Assembly: GCA_027490465.1 (NCBI GenBank)
Contig: JAIXXZ010000112.1
Location: 8,052-40,051 of the forward strand
DNA length: 32,000 nucleotides
Direction of reading: 5' to 3'
Source of the DNA: Oxalobacteraceae bacterium
Lineage (GTDB): Bacteria; Pseudomonadota; Gammaproteobacteria; Burkholderiales; Burkholderiaceae_D
Position numbers and translations under genes: made by a program
Shown here: one piece after another, positions 8,919 through 15,321 of the stretch
How the letters are laid out: every line of letters begins with the position of its first letter
How positions within the stretch are numbered: the stretch's first letter is position 1
The notes under the pieces: generated by a model
Database searches by the model: none
Told to the model about the DNA's origin: nothing
The model's input: the letters and a program-made list of their open reading frames with translations, nothing else

Positions 8919-8941
8919 TTATCCACAGCAGCTGTGGATAA
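8919..8941. promoter_or_regulatory. Two convergent perfect DnaA boxes forming a 23-bp perfect palindrome
   Basis: TTATCCACAGC-A-GCTGTGGATAA. Each arm contains the consensus DnaA box TTATCCACA. No flanking T-run, so it is not a typical intrinsic terminator. Confidence 0.6.
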
Positions 8942-9046
8942 CGATCAGTTAACGGGTTGCAAAACTGCTGACAGCGTGGGTTTGATCGGCGTGCATGCAG
9001 ATTAAGCAGCGTGTGGGATTTCTCCCACAGAATGACAGCAAGCAAA

Positions 9047-9076
9047 CGCATAAGAAAATTCAACTTTTCTTATGCG
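9047..9076. repeat. Perfect 12-6-12 palindrome, candidate recombinase core-type site
   Basis: CGCATAAGAAAA (9047-9058), TTCAAC spacer, TTTTCTTATGCG (9065-9076). It lies about 130 bp upstream of the small tyrosine recombinase gene. No T-run on either strand. Confidence 0.45.
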
Positions 9077-9203
9077 CTGTTGCTAAGTCATTGATTCTTG
9101 GAAGATCTGCGAAATTTGCAACCAACAAAAAAAGAGGTCGTCCATTTTGGAAAAAGAAAACACACTACAAGCGGGTGTTTTATTTATCTGAAAGGACAAA
9201 CAA

Positions 9204-9770
9204 ATGGCCCAAGCAAAAACGTTAACGCAAGCAGAATTTGATCAAGTGATGCGGTACATTAGTACCAAGAAATTCGCACTTCGAAATCGAGTGATGTTCC
9301 TGATTAGTCATTGGTCAGGCATGCGTGTGGGTGAGATTGCCAGTCTCAAGGTGAAGGATATCCTCAATCCCGATGGCACGATCCGCGCAGAAGTACGATT
9401 GTTACCCGAGCAAACCAAAGGGCGCCACGCTCGAACTGTTTATCTACCTGCCAAGCTGCAAGAAGAGCTGCGTGCCTATATTCGCTGCCGCTGCATCAAC
9501 AGCGACATTGAACCGGTGTTTTACACCAGCGGTGGCAAGCCATTTACTGCCAACAGTTTATGCCAGCTATTTTTCTGGTTGTATCGGCGAGCAGGGATTG
9601 CAGGTGCCAGTAGCCATAGCGGTCGCCGTAGTTTTATCACAGCACTGGCAGCCAAAGGCATATCAGTTAGGGTGCTGGCGTCACTCGCCGGGCATAGAGA
9701 TATTTCGGTCACACAGAAATATATCGATGTGCATGACGACATGAAGAGAGCGGCGGTGGAACTAATATGA
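9204..9770 (+). CDS. Minimal tyrosine recombinase (phage-integrase-family catalytic domain only)
   Basis: 188-aa ORF. Catalytic signature seen: R in SGMRVGEIASL, H-x-x-R in SSHSGRRSFITALA, and H...Y in LAGHRDISVTQKYIDV. There is no N-terminal core- or arm-binding domain. Confidence 0.85.
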   Translation: MAQAKTLTQAEFDQVMRYISTKKFALRNRVMFLISHWSGMRVGEIASLKVKDILNPDGTIRAEVRLLPEQTKGRHARTVYLPAKLQEELRAYIRCRCINSDIEPVFYTSGGKPFTANSLCQLFFWLYRRAGIAGASSHSGRRSFITALAAKGISVRVLASLAGHRDISVTQKYIDVHDDMKRAAVELI

Positions 9771-9773
9771 GCA

Positions 9774-10151
9774 CTACGGGTCACGTTTGACCCAGCGGTG
9801 ATCGTCGCCCCAGCCATCCTCAGGATCTTTCTGGCCGTGTACAGCCTCGTAATCCCGGTCCGCCTTGCGTTGAGCATCGGCATAGATCATGTAGGCTTTA
9901 GCGATATCCTCGTCATTTGGGTAGATTGTCTGTGCGCTTCGAGCAATCTTGGCTGCTAAGTATTTTTGCACCCATGCATGTTGCCAACTTTTTGGGTAGA
10001 CCTTCACAGGCGCGGGTGCAGGTGTGGCTGGTTTGTTCCCGGGCTGCGGAGTAGGTGGTGTGTTTGCTTGCAGCTGATGTTGTCTGACCTGTTGCTGCTG
10101 ACTGATTTTTAATACGGGTTTGGCTTGCGGGGCGAATTCATAAAATCTCAT
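9774..10151 (-). CDS. Hypothetical protein with a Pro/Gln-rich N-terminal half
   Basis: 125-aa ORF with GAGGAG SD upstream of the ATG on the minus strand. No family recognised. Confidence 0.55.
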   Translation of the reverse strand: MRFYEFAPQAKPVLKISQQQQVRQHQLQANTPPTPQPGNKPATPAPAPVKVYPKSWQHAWVQKYLAAKIARSAQTIYPNDEDIAKAYMIYADAQRKADRDYEAVHGQKDPEDGWGDDHRWVKRDP

Positions 10152-10192
10152 GGCTGACTCCTCTCAGCATATTTATCGTGACTGAAGCAGAG

Positions 10193-11221
10193 TCACCGGG
10201 CAGGATTGACGGCTAGACTAGCGCTGTGCCGTCCCGCACGCGCTGCCTTTTGAGATGCCATGAAGGGAAAGTCCATGTTGGCGTACTCAGTAAGAATCGC
10301 TACACCATCAGCCACCGTGGTTTGCCTGTCAACAGAAAGGCGCCGCTGCTGCAGGGGATCCAAAAACTCAAACTCACGAACCAGCCAATCTGGCCGAAAC
10401 CTCAGACAATCACGCCTTGCAGCCTCAAGATCACGCTGCTGAGCAACTGACCATCTGGGTGTGGCAGTCACCGCGGCTTTGCCGGGAAATCGGCCTAATT
10501 CCACGTTAGCGATCAGAAGGGCTGCATCGGCAAGATTCTGCTGTGTGGTTACGCGCGTACAGGATTGCTTGAATCGCGCCCGCTGCTGGCTATCTGTCTT
10601 ATCGGGCAAGTTTCGAGGCGATAACCGCAGCGATACACCGATTTCATACAGACGCCAGCGACAGTCATGGCTTTGGCGTACCAATTTAGACAGGCACCAG
10701 GTCTGGTAGGCGGTGAGCAAGCGACGCCGGCTCTTGGTGGGATAGTCCAGTAGCTGAAACAGTGGTGATTGTCTGCCTAATCTTTTGCTCACCAGATTCT
10801 TATCCAGCAAAAGCTTTAATTGCACTAGCGCAGAATCGGTGGATAAGCCATCCGGTATACGCACGATTAATCCACCCAAATCTAGCTGGTGAGTCAAATC
10901 AGCGGATTGCACCACACTCACTGGATCGCCTGATCTGCAATGAGTTTCCATTTGTCCAAACAAACGCTCGGCATTCACTGCCCACCACTGATCCAAGCGA
11001 TCAAATGCATAGATATCACCAAAGCACTGATAGATATTTTGTAATTGCAGGTCTTGTGTGTCGCCGCGCTGTTGGCAACACCACCAATAATCTTCGCTGA
11101 GTCTCAGGTAAGCGATCCACCAAAATAGCTGACTACAGCGCAGCAGTCTAGGGTTGGTTATGTTTTTGAGAACTTCTTGCTCGCTGATCCAACCTCCTGA
11201 ATTCTGTACCCATTTTGGCAT
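10193..11221 (-). CDS. Hypothetical Trp-rich protein (342 aa), possible island regulator
   Basis: Long ORF with an SD-like GGGGGA. The N-terminal motif FWWIAYLRLSEDYWW and an internal CRWRLYEIGVSLRLSP (HTH-like) give a vague resemblance to element-encoded activators. No firm family assignment. Confidence 0.65.
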   Translation of the reverse strand: MPKWVQNSGGWISEQEVLKNITNPRLLRCSQLFWWIAYLRLSEDYWWCCQQRGDTQDLQLQNIYQCFGDIYAFDRLDQWWAVNAERLFGQMETHCRSGDPVSVVQSADLTHQLDLGGLIVRIPDGLSTDSALVQLKLLLDKNLVSKRLGRQSPLFQLLDYPTKSRRRLLTAYQTWCLSKLVRQSHDCRWRLYEIGVSLRLSPRNLPDKTDSQQRARFKQSCTRVTTQQNLADAALLIANVELGRFPGKAAVTATPRWSVAQQRDLEAARRDCLRFRPDWLVREFEFLDPLQQRRLSVDRQTTVADGVAILTEYANMDFPFMASQKAARAGRHSASLAVNPAR

Positions 11222-11337
11222 GTGTCCCCCGAAAAATTCTTTATTAATTTTGCGGCCGCGGACGGAAAATTTATCGTATCTCTGGATAGTCTTTCTGCAC
11301 GGCAGATTGCGCCGTTGAATAATATTTAGGAGGAATC

Positions 11338-12381
11338 ATGCGAACACAGACAGAGACAAAAGTTGAAAATGGTGTTTACAAGAATGGCGCCATTTCTGTA
11401 CCCAAAAATGGTCGGGTCATTATTGAGGAGGACGTGGGAGATTTAGAGCAGTTTGATCTTCAGTCTTTCATGAGCTCGGCGATGGAAAATCAGGCTGGAC
11501 GAGCAGTCAAACCATCCGATAAGAAAAATCGCGATCAGCAGGTAGCAGAGTTTATTAGTGAAGGAGAAAACTTATTTTCGCTCAGCGAGAAATATCAAGC
11601 AGAGTTTGTGGTTCGTGGCAATCAAGCGCTGTACGAGCTATTGGGATCGATTTACAGTCTTGGTCTTAGAATTGAGCAAAGCGAAAATAGCAATGAAATC
11701 GTTCGCTTGATGCAAAAGAAAATAAAAGCAGATCATGACATCAAAATTGGCTCAGCGGCCAGCGCTATGTCGACCATGGTGCAGTATGTGATTCGCTCAG
11801 ATAAGCGAACCTGTTCAAGGTATGCCAAAGTGCTAGAAGTAGCCATGGCTGAAGATTTATCGCCGGAGGAGCTTCCTGCGTATATTACCCGCCGTGGTGG
11901 AGTTAGCCAGATTCGTGAGATTGAATCTGAGGCTATGGCTAAAAAGCAAGGTAGCAAAGAAAGCGCTGCTCGACTGGCCTTGCTCAGGGAGTTTTATAAG
12001 TACTACGCCTTCCAAAATACCTTCCAACAGCTGACCTTCGATCAGGAAGTGACGGTTCATAATTCTGACAATACTGGTGCGGCAGAGACTGCTCAATTTG
12101 CCTTTTTTATGGCAGCTGAAGATCCATATAAAAAGGGGCATTTCAAAATCTTAGGCGCTCATGATCTCGGTAAGAATTTCGAGGATGTTGTGTTCAAGTA
12201 TTTAACGAAAAGCGCACCATCAAGTCTGAGGGTGTTGGAGGCAGGTTTGAGAAACCTTCAAAAAAAGCTTTTGCAAGGAAATATATCTGCCAGCTTGAGG
12301 GATCATCTGAAATTAGAAATTAGCAAGCCTTTGAAGTATGCCCAGCAAGAAGCAATTGAAATGGAAGTTAAAGAAGTTTAG
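11338..12381 (+). CDS. Hypothetical protein (347 aa)
   Basis: Strong SD (AGGAGG, 4 nt spacing). Divergent from 10193-11221 and followed by a canonical terminator. No catalytic motif recognised. Confidence 0.75.
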   Translation: MRTQTETKVENGVYKNGAISVPKNGRVIIEEDVGDLEQFDLQSFMSSAMENQAGRAVKPSDKKNRDQQVAEFISEGENLFSLSEKYQAEFVVRGNQALYELLGSIYSLGLRIEQSENSNEIVRLMQKKIKADHDIKIGSAASAMSTMVQYVIRSDKRTCSRYAKVLEVAMAEDLSPEELPAYITRRGGVSQIREIESEAMAKKQGSKESAARLALLREFYKYYAFQNTFQQLTFDQEVTVHNSDNTGAAETAQFAFFMAAEDPYKKGHFKILGAHDLGKNFEDVVFKYLTKSAPSSLRVLEAGLRNLQKKLLQGNISASLRDHLKLEISKPLKYAQQEAIEMEVKEV

Positions 12382-12387
12382 TGGCAA

Positions 12388-12410
12388 GGGGAGGAAACTC
12401 CCCATTTTTT
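12388..12410 (+). terminator. Rho-independent terminator
   Basis: GGGGAG (12388-12393), GAAA loop, CTCCCC (12398-12403), then ATTTTTT. Confidence 0.75.
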
Positions 12411-12432
12411 GTATTTTCGTAGGGAGTAATTT

Positions 12433-12930
12433 ATGACTACCTATTACATTTGTCGTTCTGCTGACTTGAACGACCTTGAACTGCCTCAAACGTTTGAAGA
12501 GCAATTGGCGTGCGAAATCGTCACAGCTGCACGTATATATGACGAAATATCCGCAGATTTATTGGCGATCCAGGCTGATTCTGAAAATGGTATGTATGCT
12601 CAACTCAAAGGTGCCGCTCTGTTTTCTATGGAATTAAATGATTCAAACATTCAGATTTGGCAAACTGAAGCCAAAAAAATTTATGAGTACCTACTTGGTC
12701 CAGCAGAAGAAAACAGTCGTATCTGGAGCGCGTTTGGGACGCTACACGCTGAGATGGAAGACTTTGAGGCCTTATGTAATCAATCAAAAAATTTTAACGA
12801 ACTAGCTGAGGATTTTTCGTCTTTTGTGGCGTCTCAAATCGATGAGAGTATCCGTGAAGAGCAAAGCGCATTCGCAGATATCATGGAAGATCTTTATTCA
12901 ATCGAGGAACTTAAAACCGTGACCAGCTGA
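12433..12930 (+). CDS. Small, strongly acidic hypothetical protein (165 aa)
   Basis: GGGAG SD 6 nt upstream. By my hand count there are about 33 Asp+Glu against about 9 Lys+Arg. Confidence 0.7.
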   Translation: MTTYYICRSADLNDLELPQTFEEQLACEIVTAARIYDEISADLLAIQADSENGMYAQLKGAALFSMELNDSNIQIWQTEAKKIYEYLLGPAEENSRIWSAFGTLHAEMEDFEALCNQSKNFNELAEDFSSFVASQIDESIREEQSAFADIMEDLYSIEELKTVTS

Positions 12931-12946
12931 CAGCGAATTGGCTAGG

Positions 12947-13426
12947 TCAATTGGACAGCGCTGCCAAGGTCAAATACTGCTCAAGTTCAATCAGAGCTGC
13001 ACGAGATGCCATGGCGTTGCCAGCTGACGCGATCTCAAGGCGGTGATTACGATTGGCTGTGGTGATGTTTATTGTGACCTTGCCAGCCTCTAGTTTGAAG
13101 GTGTGGGTTATTTCGTAGCGGGGCAGATTCTCTAGCCGTTCTTTGTGGGAGGTAACTCGAGTGGTTGCGATCTCTGAAAGTGATTTGGGTAGATCCCAAG
13201 CGTGCTTGATCCGATTCTCGTAGTCGGCTAGAGCGTCTTGGGCAGTTTCCCGGGCCACATCACGTCCCACGCGCTGGACTTCAGGAATGCTGTCGGTAAT
13301 ATCGATCCCGTTATCCAAGCGGTGAATGGCTTCGTTATAAAAGCGAATGGCAGTCAGGCCATGATGAATCCGGTCCAAGGCGGACTCAGCATAGTCGTTG
13401 AAATAGCGGGTTAGGGCGTCGCTCAT
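12947..13426 (-). CDS. Hypothetical protein (159 aa), probably translated from a leaderless mRNA
   Basis: ORF immediately downstream of the integrase on the same strand. A near-consensus promoter ends 6 nt before its ATG and there is no SD. Confidence 0.6.
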   Translation of the reverse strand: MSDALTRYFNDYAESALDRIHHGLTAIRFYNEAIHRLDNGIDITDSIPEVQRVGRDVARETAQDALADYENRIKHAWDLPKSLSEIATTRVTSHKERLENLPRYEITHTFKLEAGKVTINITTANRNHRLEIASAGNAMASRAALIELEQYLTLAALSN

Positions 13427-13432
13427 GGCTTG

Positions 13433-13460
13433 ATTATAGGCACATGAGCGGGTGGGTCAA
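13433..13460 (-). promoter_or_regulatory. Near-consensus sigma70-type promoter positioned for a leaderless transcript
   Basis: Read on the minus strand: -35 TTGACC (13460-13455), a 16-nt spacer, -10 TATAAT (13438-13433), then 6 nt (CAAGCC) before the ATG at 13426. Confidence 0.5.
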
Positions 13461-13476
13461 CCAGAAGGAACTTGGG

Positions 13477-14856
13477 CTATTTGGGCGGTGGCTTGCGCTG
13501 TTTTAAGCGCTCGTTGAAGTCTTTGGACACATCCTGGCTGATGACCACCATGGGCAGCGTCAATCCCGTGCTCATCTCGATCAGCTGCATGATGTTGTTG
13601 GGCATTTGAGCGGCCATCAAAGCGCGGATTTGGGCAGCTTGGTCGGATCCGTCGCCATCCACGGTACCCGCAAACTGCTTGGCCTTCATCAGTGGCGTTA
13701 GGTGGCTGTAGTGCTTGGTGATCATGAGTACTGAGGTACCCATTTGCTCAGCCAGATCGTGGATCGGGATGCTCTCCAAAAGCCGTTGTGTGGCGTAGTA
13801 GTGACGAAGACTGTACAAGCTGCGCTCTTTGCCAGTCACCGGGCAGATCAAGAGACCAGATTCCTCCAGCATTTGCCGGAAGGGTTTATTAAAGTTGTCA
13901 GGCAGGTTGCCCGAGGGCATACGGAAGACCCGTTTGTCGATTTTTTTCTTTAACAATTGCTGAAGCGATAGATGAGCAAGATCAGGGCTCATCTGTCGAA
14001 GTTTTTCTAGCAGCAGCCAGCAGCTATTGTGCGCTACGAAGTTTCTCGCCCCGCGTTTGCCTTTTTGTAGCCGGAAATGCAGTATGGGTTGACCATCACG
14101 CATCTCCACATCGATGTGCCGCCATTCGAGGAATTCTGCCTCTGTGCCAGGGCGCATGCCTGTGGCAGCCATGAAGGGCACATACACAGACAGCAGGGTT
14201 CGCAAGGTGCGAGTGATAGCGGTGCGGCCATCATCGATGAATTTGGGGAAGTAGGCGATTAAAGTTTCCAGCTCTTCTTGGCTGAATTCTGCACGACGAT
14301 CGCTATCGCCACCGGTGTTCTTTGTAGCAGGGCGCTGTCTCTCACCCATGTAGCCGCGCTCGATGGCTTCATCCAACACAAGATTGAATGCAGCATTGTG
14401 ATTGTTCTGTGCGCTGCCGGATAGCTCGCGTCCCACTTTGTCACGGCGCCAGCGATGAAATTCCGATATCAGTGCTGGTGTGATGCAGTCCACGTTGAAC
14501 TTGCCGTAGAACGGGATCAGGTAAAGCTTGATGGCTGAGATGTAGTCTTTGGCACTGGGTTTCGCAGTACCTGCTTTGGCCTCATCTTCCAGTCGATGCT
14601 GAACGATTTCAGCGATGGGTTTGAACTTCTTGCTGATAACAGGTCTGCCTTCTTCATGATCGAAGGTAGCTTTCATCCAGATACGTTCTGCGATCTTCTT
14701 GGCTTTGTCGAGGTCAGTGGTGTTTGTGCTGACTCTGAACCATTTTTTGACGCCATCTATCTTGTAATGCGCTTGCCATTTCCGACTGCCGTCACGCATC
14801 ACTAAGCGCAGCTGCTCGGTGCGTAAAACGAGGGTTTGAGAGGAGAGGACTCGCAT
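13477..14856 (-). CDS. int: Site-specific tyrosine integrase (phage integrase family)
   Basis: 459-aa ORF. It has an N-terminal arm-binding-like segment (RDGSRKWQAHYKIDGVKKWFRVST) and catalytic blocks ATGMRPGTEAEFLEWRHID, YSLRHYYATQ and MITKHYSHL. It sits next to the tRNA-derived att core. Confidence 0.9.
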   Translation of the reverse strand: MRVLSSQTLVLRTEQLRLVMRDGSRKWQAHYKIDGVKKWFRVSTNTTDLDKAKKIAERIWMKATFDHEEGRPVISKKFKPIAEIVQHRLEDEAKAGTAKPSAKDYISAIKLYLIPFYGKFNVDCITPALISEFHRWRRDKVGRELSGSAQNNHNAAFNLVLDEAIERGYMGERQRPATKNTGGDSDRRAEFSQEELETLIAYFPKFIDDGRTAITRTLRTLLSVYVPFMAATGMRPGTEAEFLEWRHIDVEMRDGQPILHFRLQKGKRGARNFVAHNSCWLLLEKLRQMSPDLAHLSLQQLLKKKIDKRVFRMPSGNLPDNFNKPFRQMLEESGLLICPVTGKERSLYSLRHYYATQRLLESIPIHDLAEQMGTSVLMITKHYSHLTPLMKAKQFAGTVDGDGSDQAAQIRALMAAQMPNNIMQLIEMSTGLTLPMVVISQDVSKDFNERLKQRKPPPK

Positions 14857-14911
14857 ATGGGCAGTATACGAGCGAGAAAAGCAGAGCGCAACCAGCGGCA
14901 GCTATATTGAT

Positions 14912-14930
14912 TGTGTTATAACTGTGTTAT
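14912..14930. repeat. Direct repeat TGTGTTAT x2 (11-bp period), candidate integrase arm-type sites left of the att core
   Basis: TGTGTTAT at 14912-14919 and 14923-14930. Related GTGTAAT pairs occur on the other side of the core. Confidence 0.5.
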
Positions 14931-14944
14931 TAAGAAGTTAAATT

Positions 14945-14971
14945 AAAAGCAAGCCCTAAGTGCTTGCTTTT
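14945..14971. terminator. Bidirectional hairpin terminator immediately 3' of the tRNA fragment
   Basis: AAAAGCAAGC (14945-14954), 7-nt loop, GCTTGCTTTT (14962-14971). A GC core is flanked by an A-run and a T-run. Confidence 0.55.
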
Positions 14972-14982
14972 AAAAGGATTTT

Positions 14983-15027
14983 TGGCTCCCCGACCTGGAC
15001 TCGAACCAGGGACCTGCGGATTAACAG
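14983..15027 (-). other. 3' 45 nt of a tRNA-Asn(GUU) gene (anticodon loop to CCA), i.e. an att core. The 5' half of the tRNA is absent.
   Basis: The reverse complement reads CTGTTAA-TCCGC-AGGTC-CCTGG-TTCGAGT-CCAGG-TCGGGGA-G-CCA. This gives the anticodon loop with GTT, the T-arm and the acceptor 3' strand. The sequence 5' of the loop (GCTTG) cannot pair with TCCGC, and no D-arm or acceptor 5' strand follows. Confidence 0.8.
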
Positions 15028-15053
15028 CAAGCCAGGCGCGTGGAAAAATGTTT

Positions 15054-15110
15054 AAAATCAATTTATTACAGCAACAAAATCAATTTGTGTAATAAACCGT
15101 GTAATTGATT
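15054..15110. repeat. Cluster of short repeats right of the att core
   Basis: - AAAATCAATTT occurs at 15054-15064 and 15076-15086, with an inverted AATTGATT at 15103-15110.
- TTATTACA (15063-15070) is inverted relative to TGTAATAA (15088-15095).
- GTGTAAT occurs at 15087-15093 and 15099-15105. Confidence 0.6.
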
Positions 15111-15111
15111 C

Positions 15112-15134
15112 AAAAGTTGCATAATGCAACTTTT
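15112..15134. repeat. Perfect 23-bp palindrome (11-1-11) containing AGTTGC/GCAACT
   Basis: AAAAGTTGCAT-A-ATGCAACTTTT. It lies about 190 bp upstream of the 15322 ORF. Confidence 0.7.
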
Positions 15135-15261
15135 CCAGCAAAACACGCAAATTTGGGGTCGGTGTCCGCCATTTTAAGGTCTAAAAACCCAAATCTTAGA
15201 GCTTGTTAATCTGTTCGAATCAAGGAGCGAAAATACATTTAGAAAACTTTGCGCTTAATGT

Positions 15262-15290
15262 TTGACCTTGTTGAGTGAGAGTGTGACTAT
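15262..15290 (+). promoter_or_regulatory. Possible sigma70-type promoter for the 15322-16580 operon
   Basis: TTGACC (15262-15267), a 17-nt spacer ending in TGT, and GACTAT (15285-15290). By-eye match only. Confidence 0.3.
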
Positions 15291-15321
15291 CATGTTCAAA
15301 AGATTCTGAAATTGGATTGAT

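Larger units (their letters stand above)
7268..15027. mobile_element. Integrative genomic island associated with a tRNA-Asn att core. The right end is anchored at the att core; the left end is only approximate and could lie anywhere between about 7040 and 9000.
   Basis: Evidence: a tyrosine integrase adjacent to a 45-nt tRNA 3' fragment, a second small recombinase, orphan genes on mixed strands, dense repeats and palindromes, and an abrupt switch from the polysaccharide operon. No matching left-end direct repeat could be found by eye. Confidence 0.5.

Noticed and set aside
8919-8941. DnaA-box palindrome acting as an intrinsic terminator for 8195-8725
   Set aside because: No U-run follows on either strand, it lies about 190 bp past the stop codon, and a 1-nt centre would force an awkward loop. 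A protein-binding site is more plausible.
8991-9010. CATGCAGATTAAGCAGC resembling the CCTGCGGATTAACAGC end of the att core, as a possible degenerate left att site
   Set aside because: The match is only about 14 of 16 positions with an indel, and similarity does not extend into the T-arm part of the core. It is compatible with chance. I kept it only as a pointer for a proper alignment.
8678-9225. Small ORFs 8678-8926 (-), 8697-8879 (+) and 8995-9225 (+) in the gap before the recombinase gene
   Set aside because: They have no SD, overlap hairpins and palindromes, and have Lys/Arg-rich or hydrophobic low-complexity composition. The region is better explained as structured non-coding DNA.
14983-15065. 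Intact tRNA-Asn gene
   Set aside because: Only the anticodon loop through CCA is tRNA-like. The bases 5' of the loop cannot form the anticodon stem. No D-arm or acceptor 5' strand (expected TCCCCGA...) is present up to 15065.
15292-15309. Mini-ORF ATG TTC AAA AGA TTC TGA (MFKRF), echoing the MFKRK N-terminus of T4 gp32
   Set aside because: It is only five codons with no SD, and the resemblance is almost certainly coincidental.
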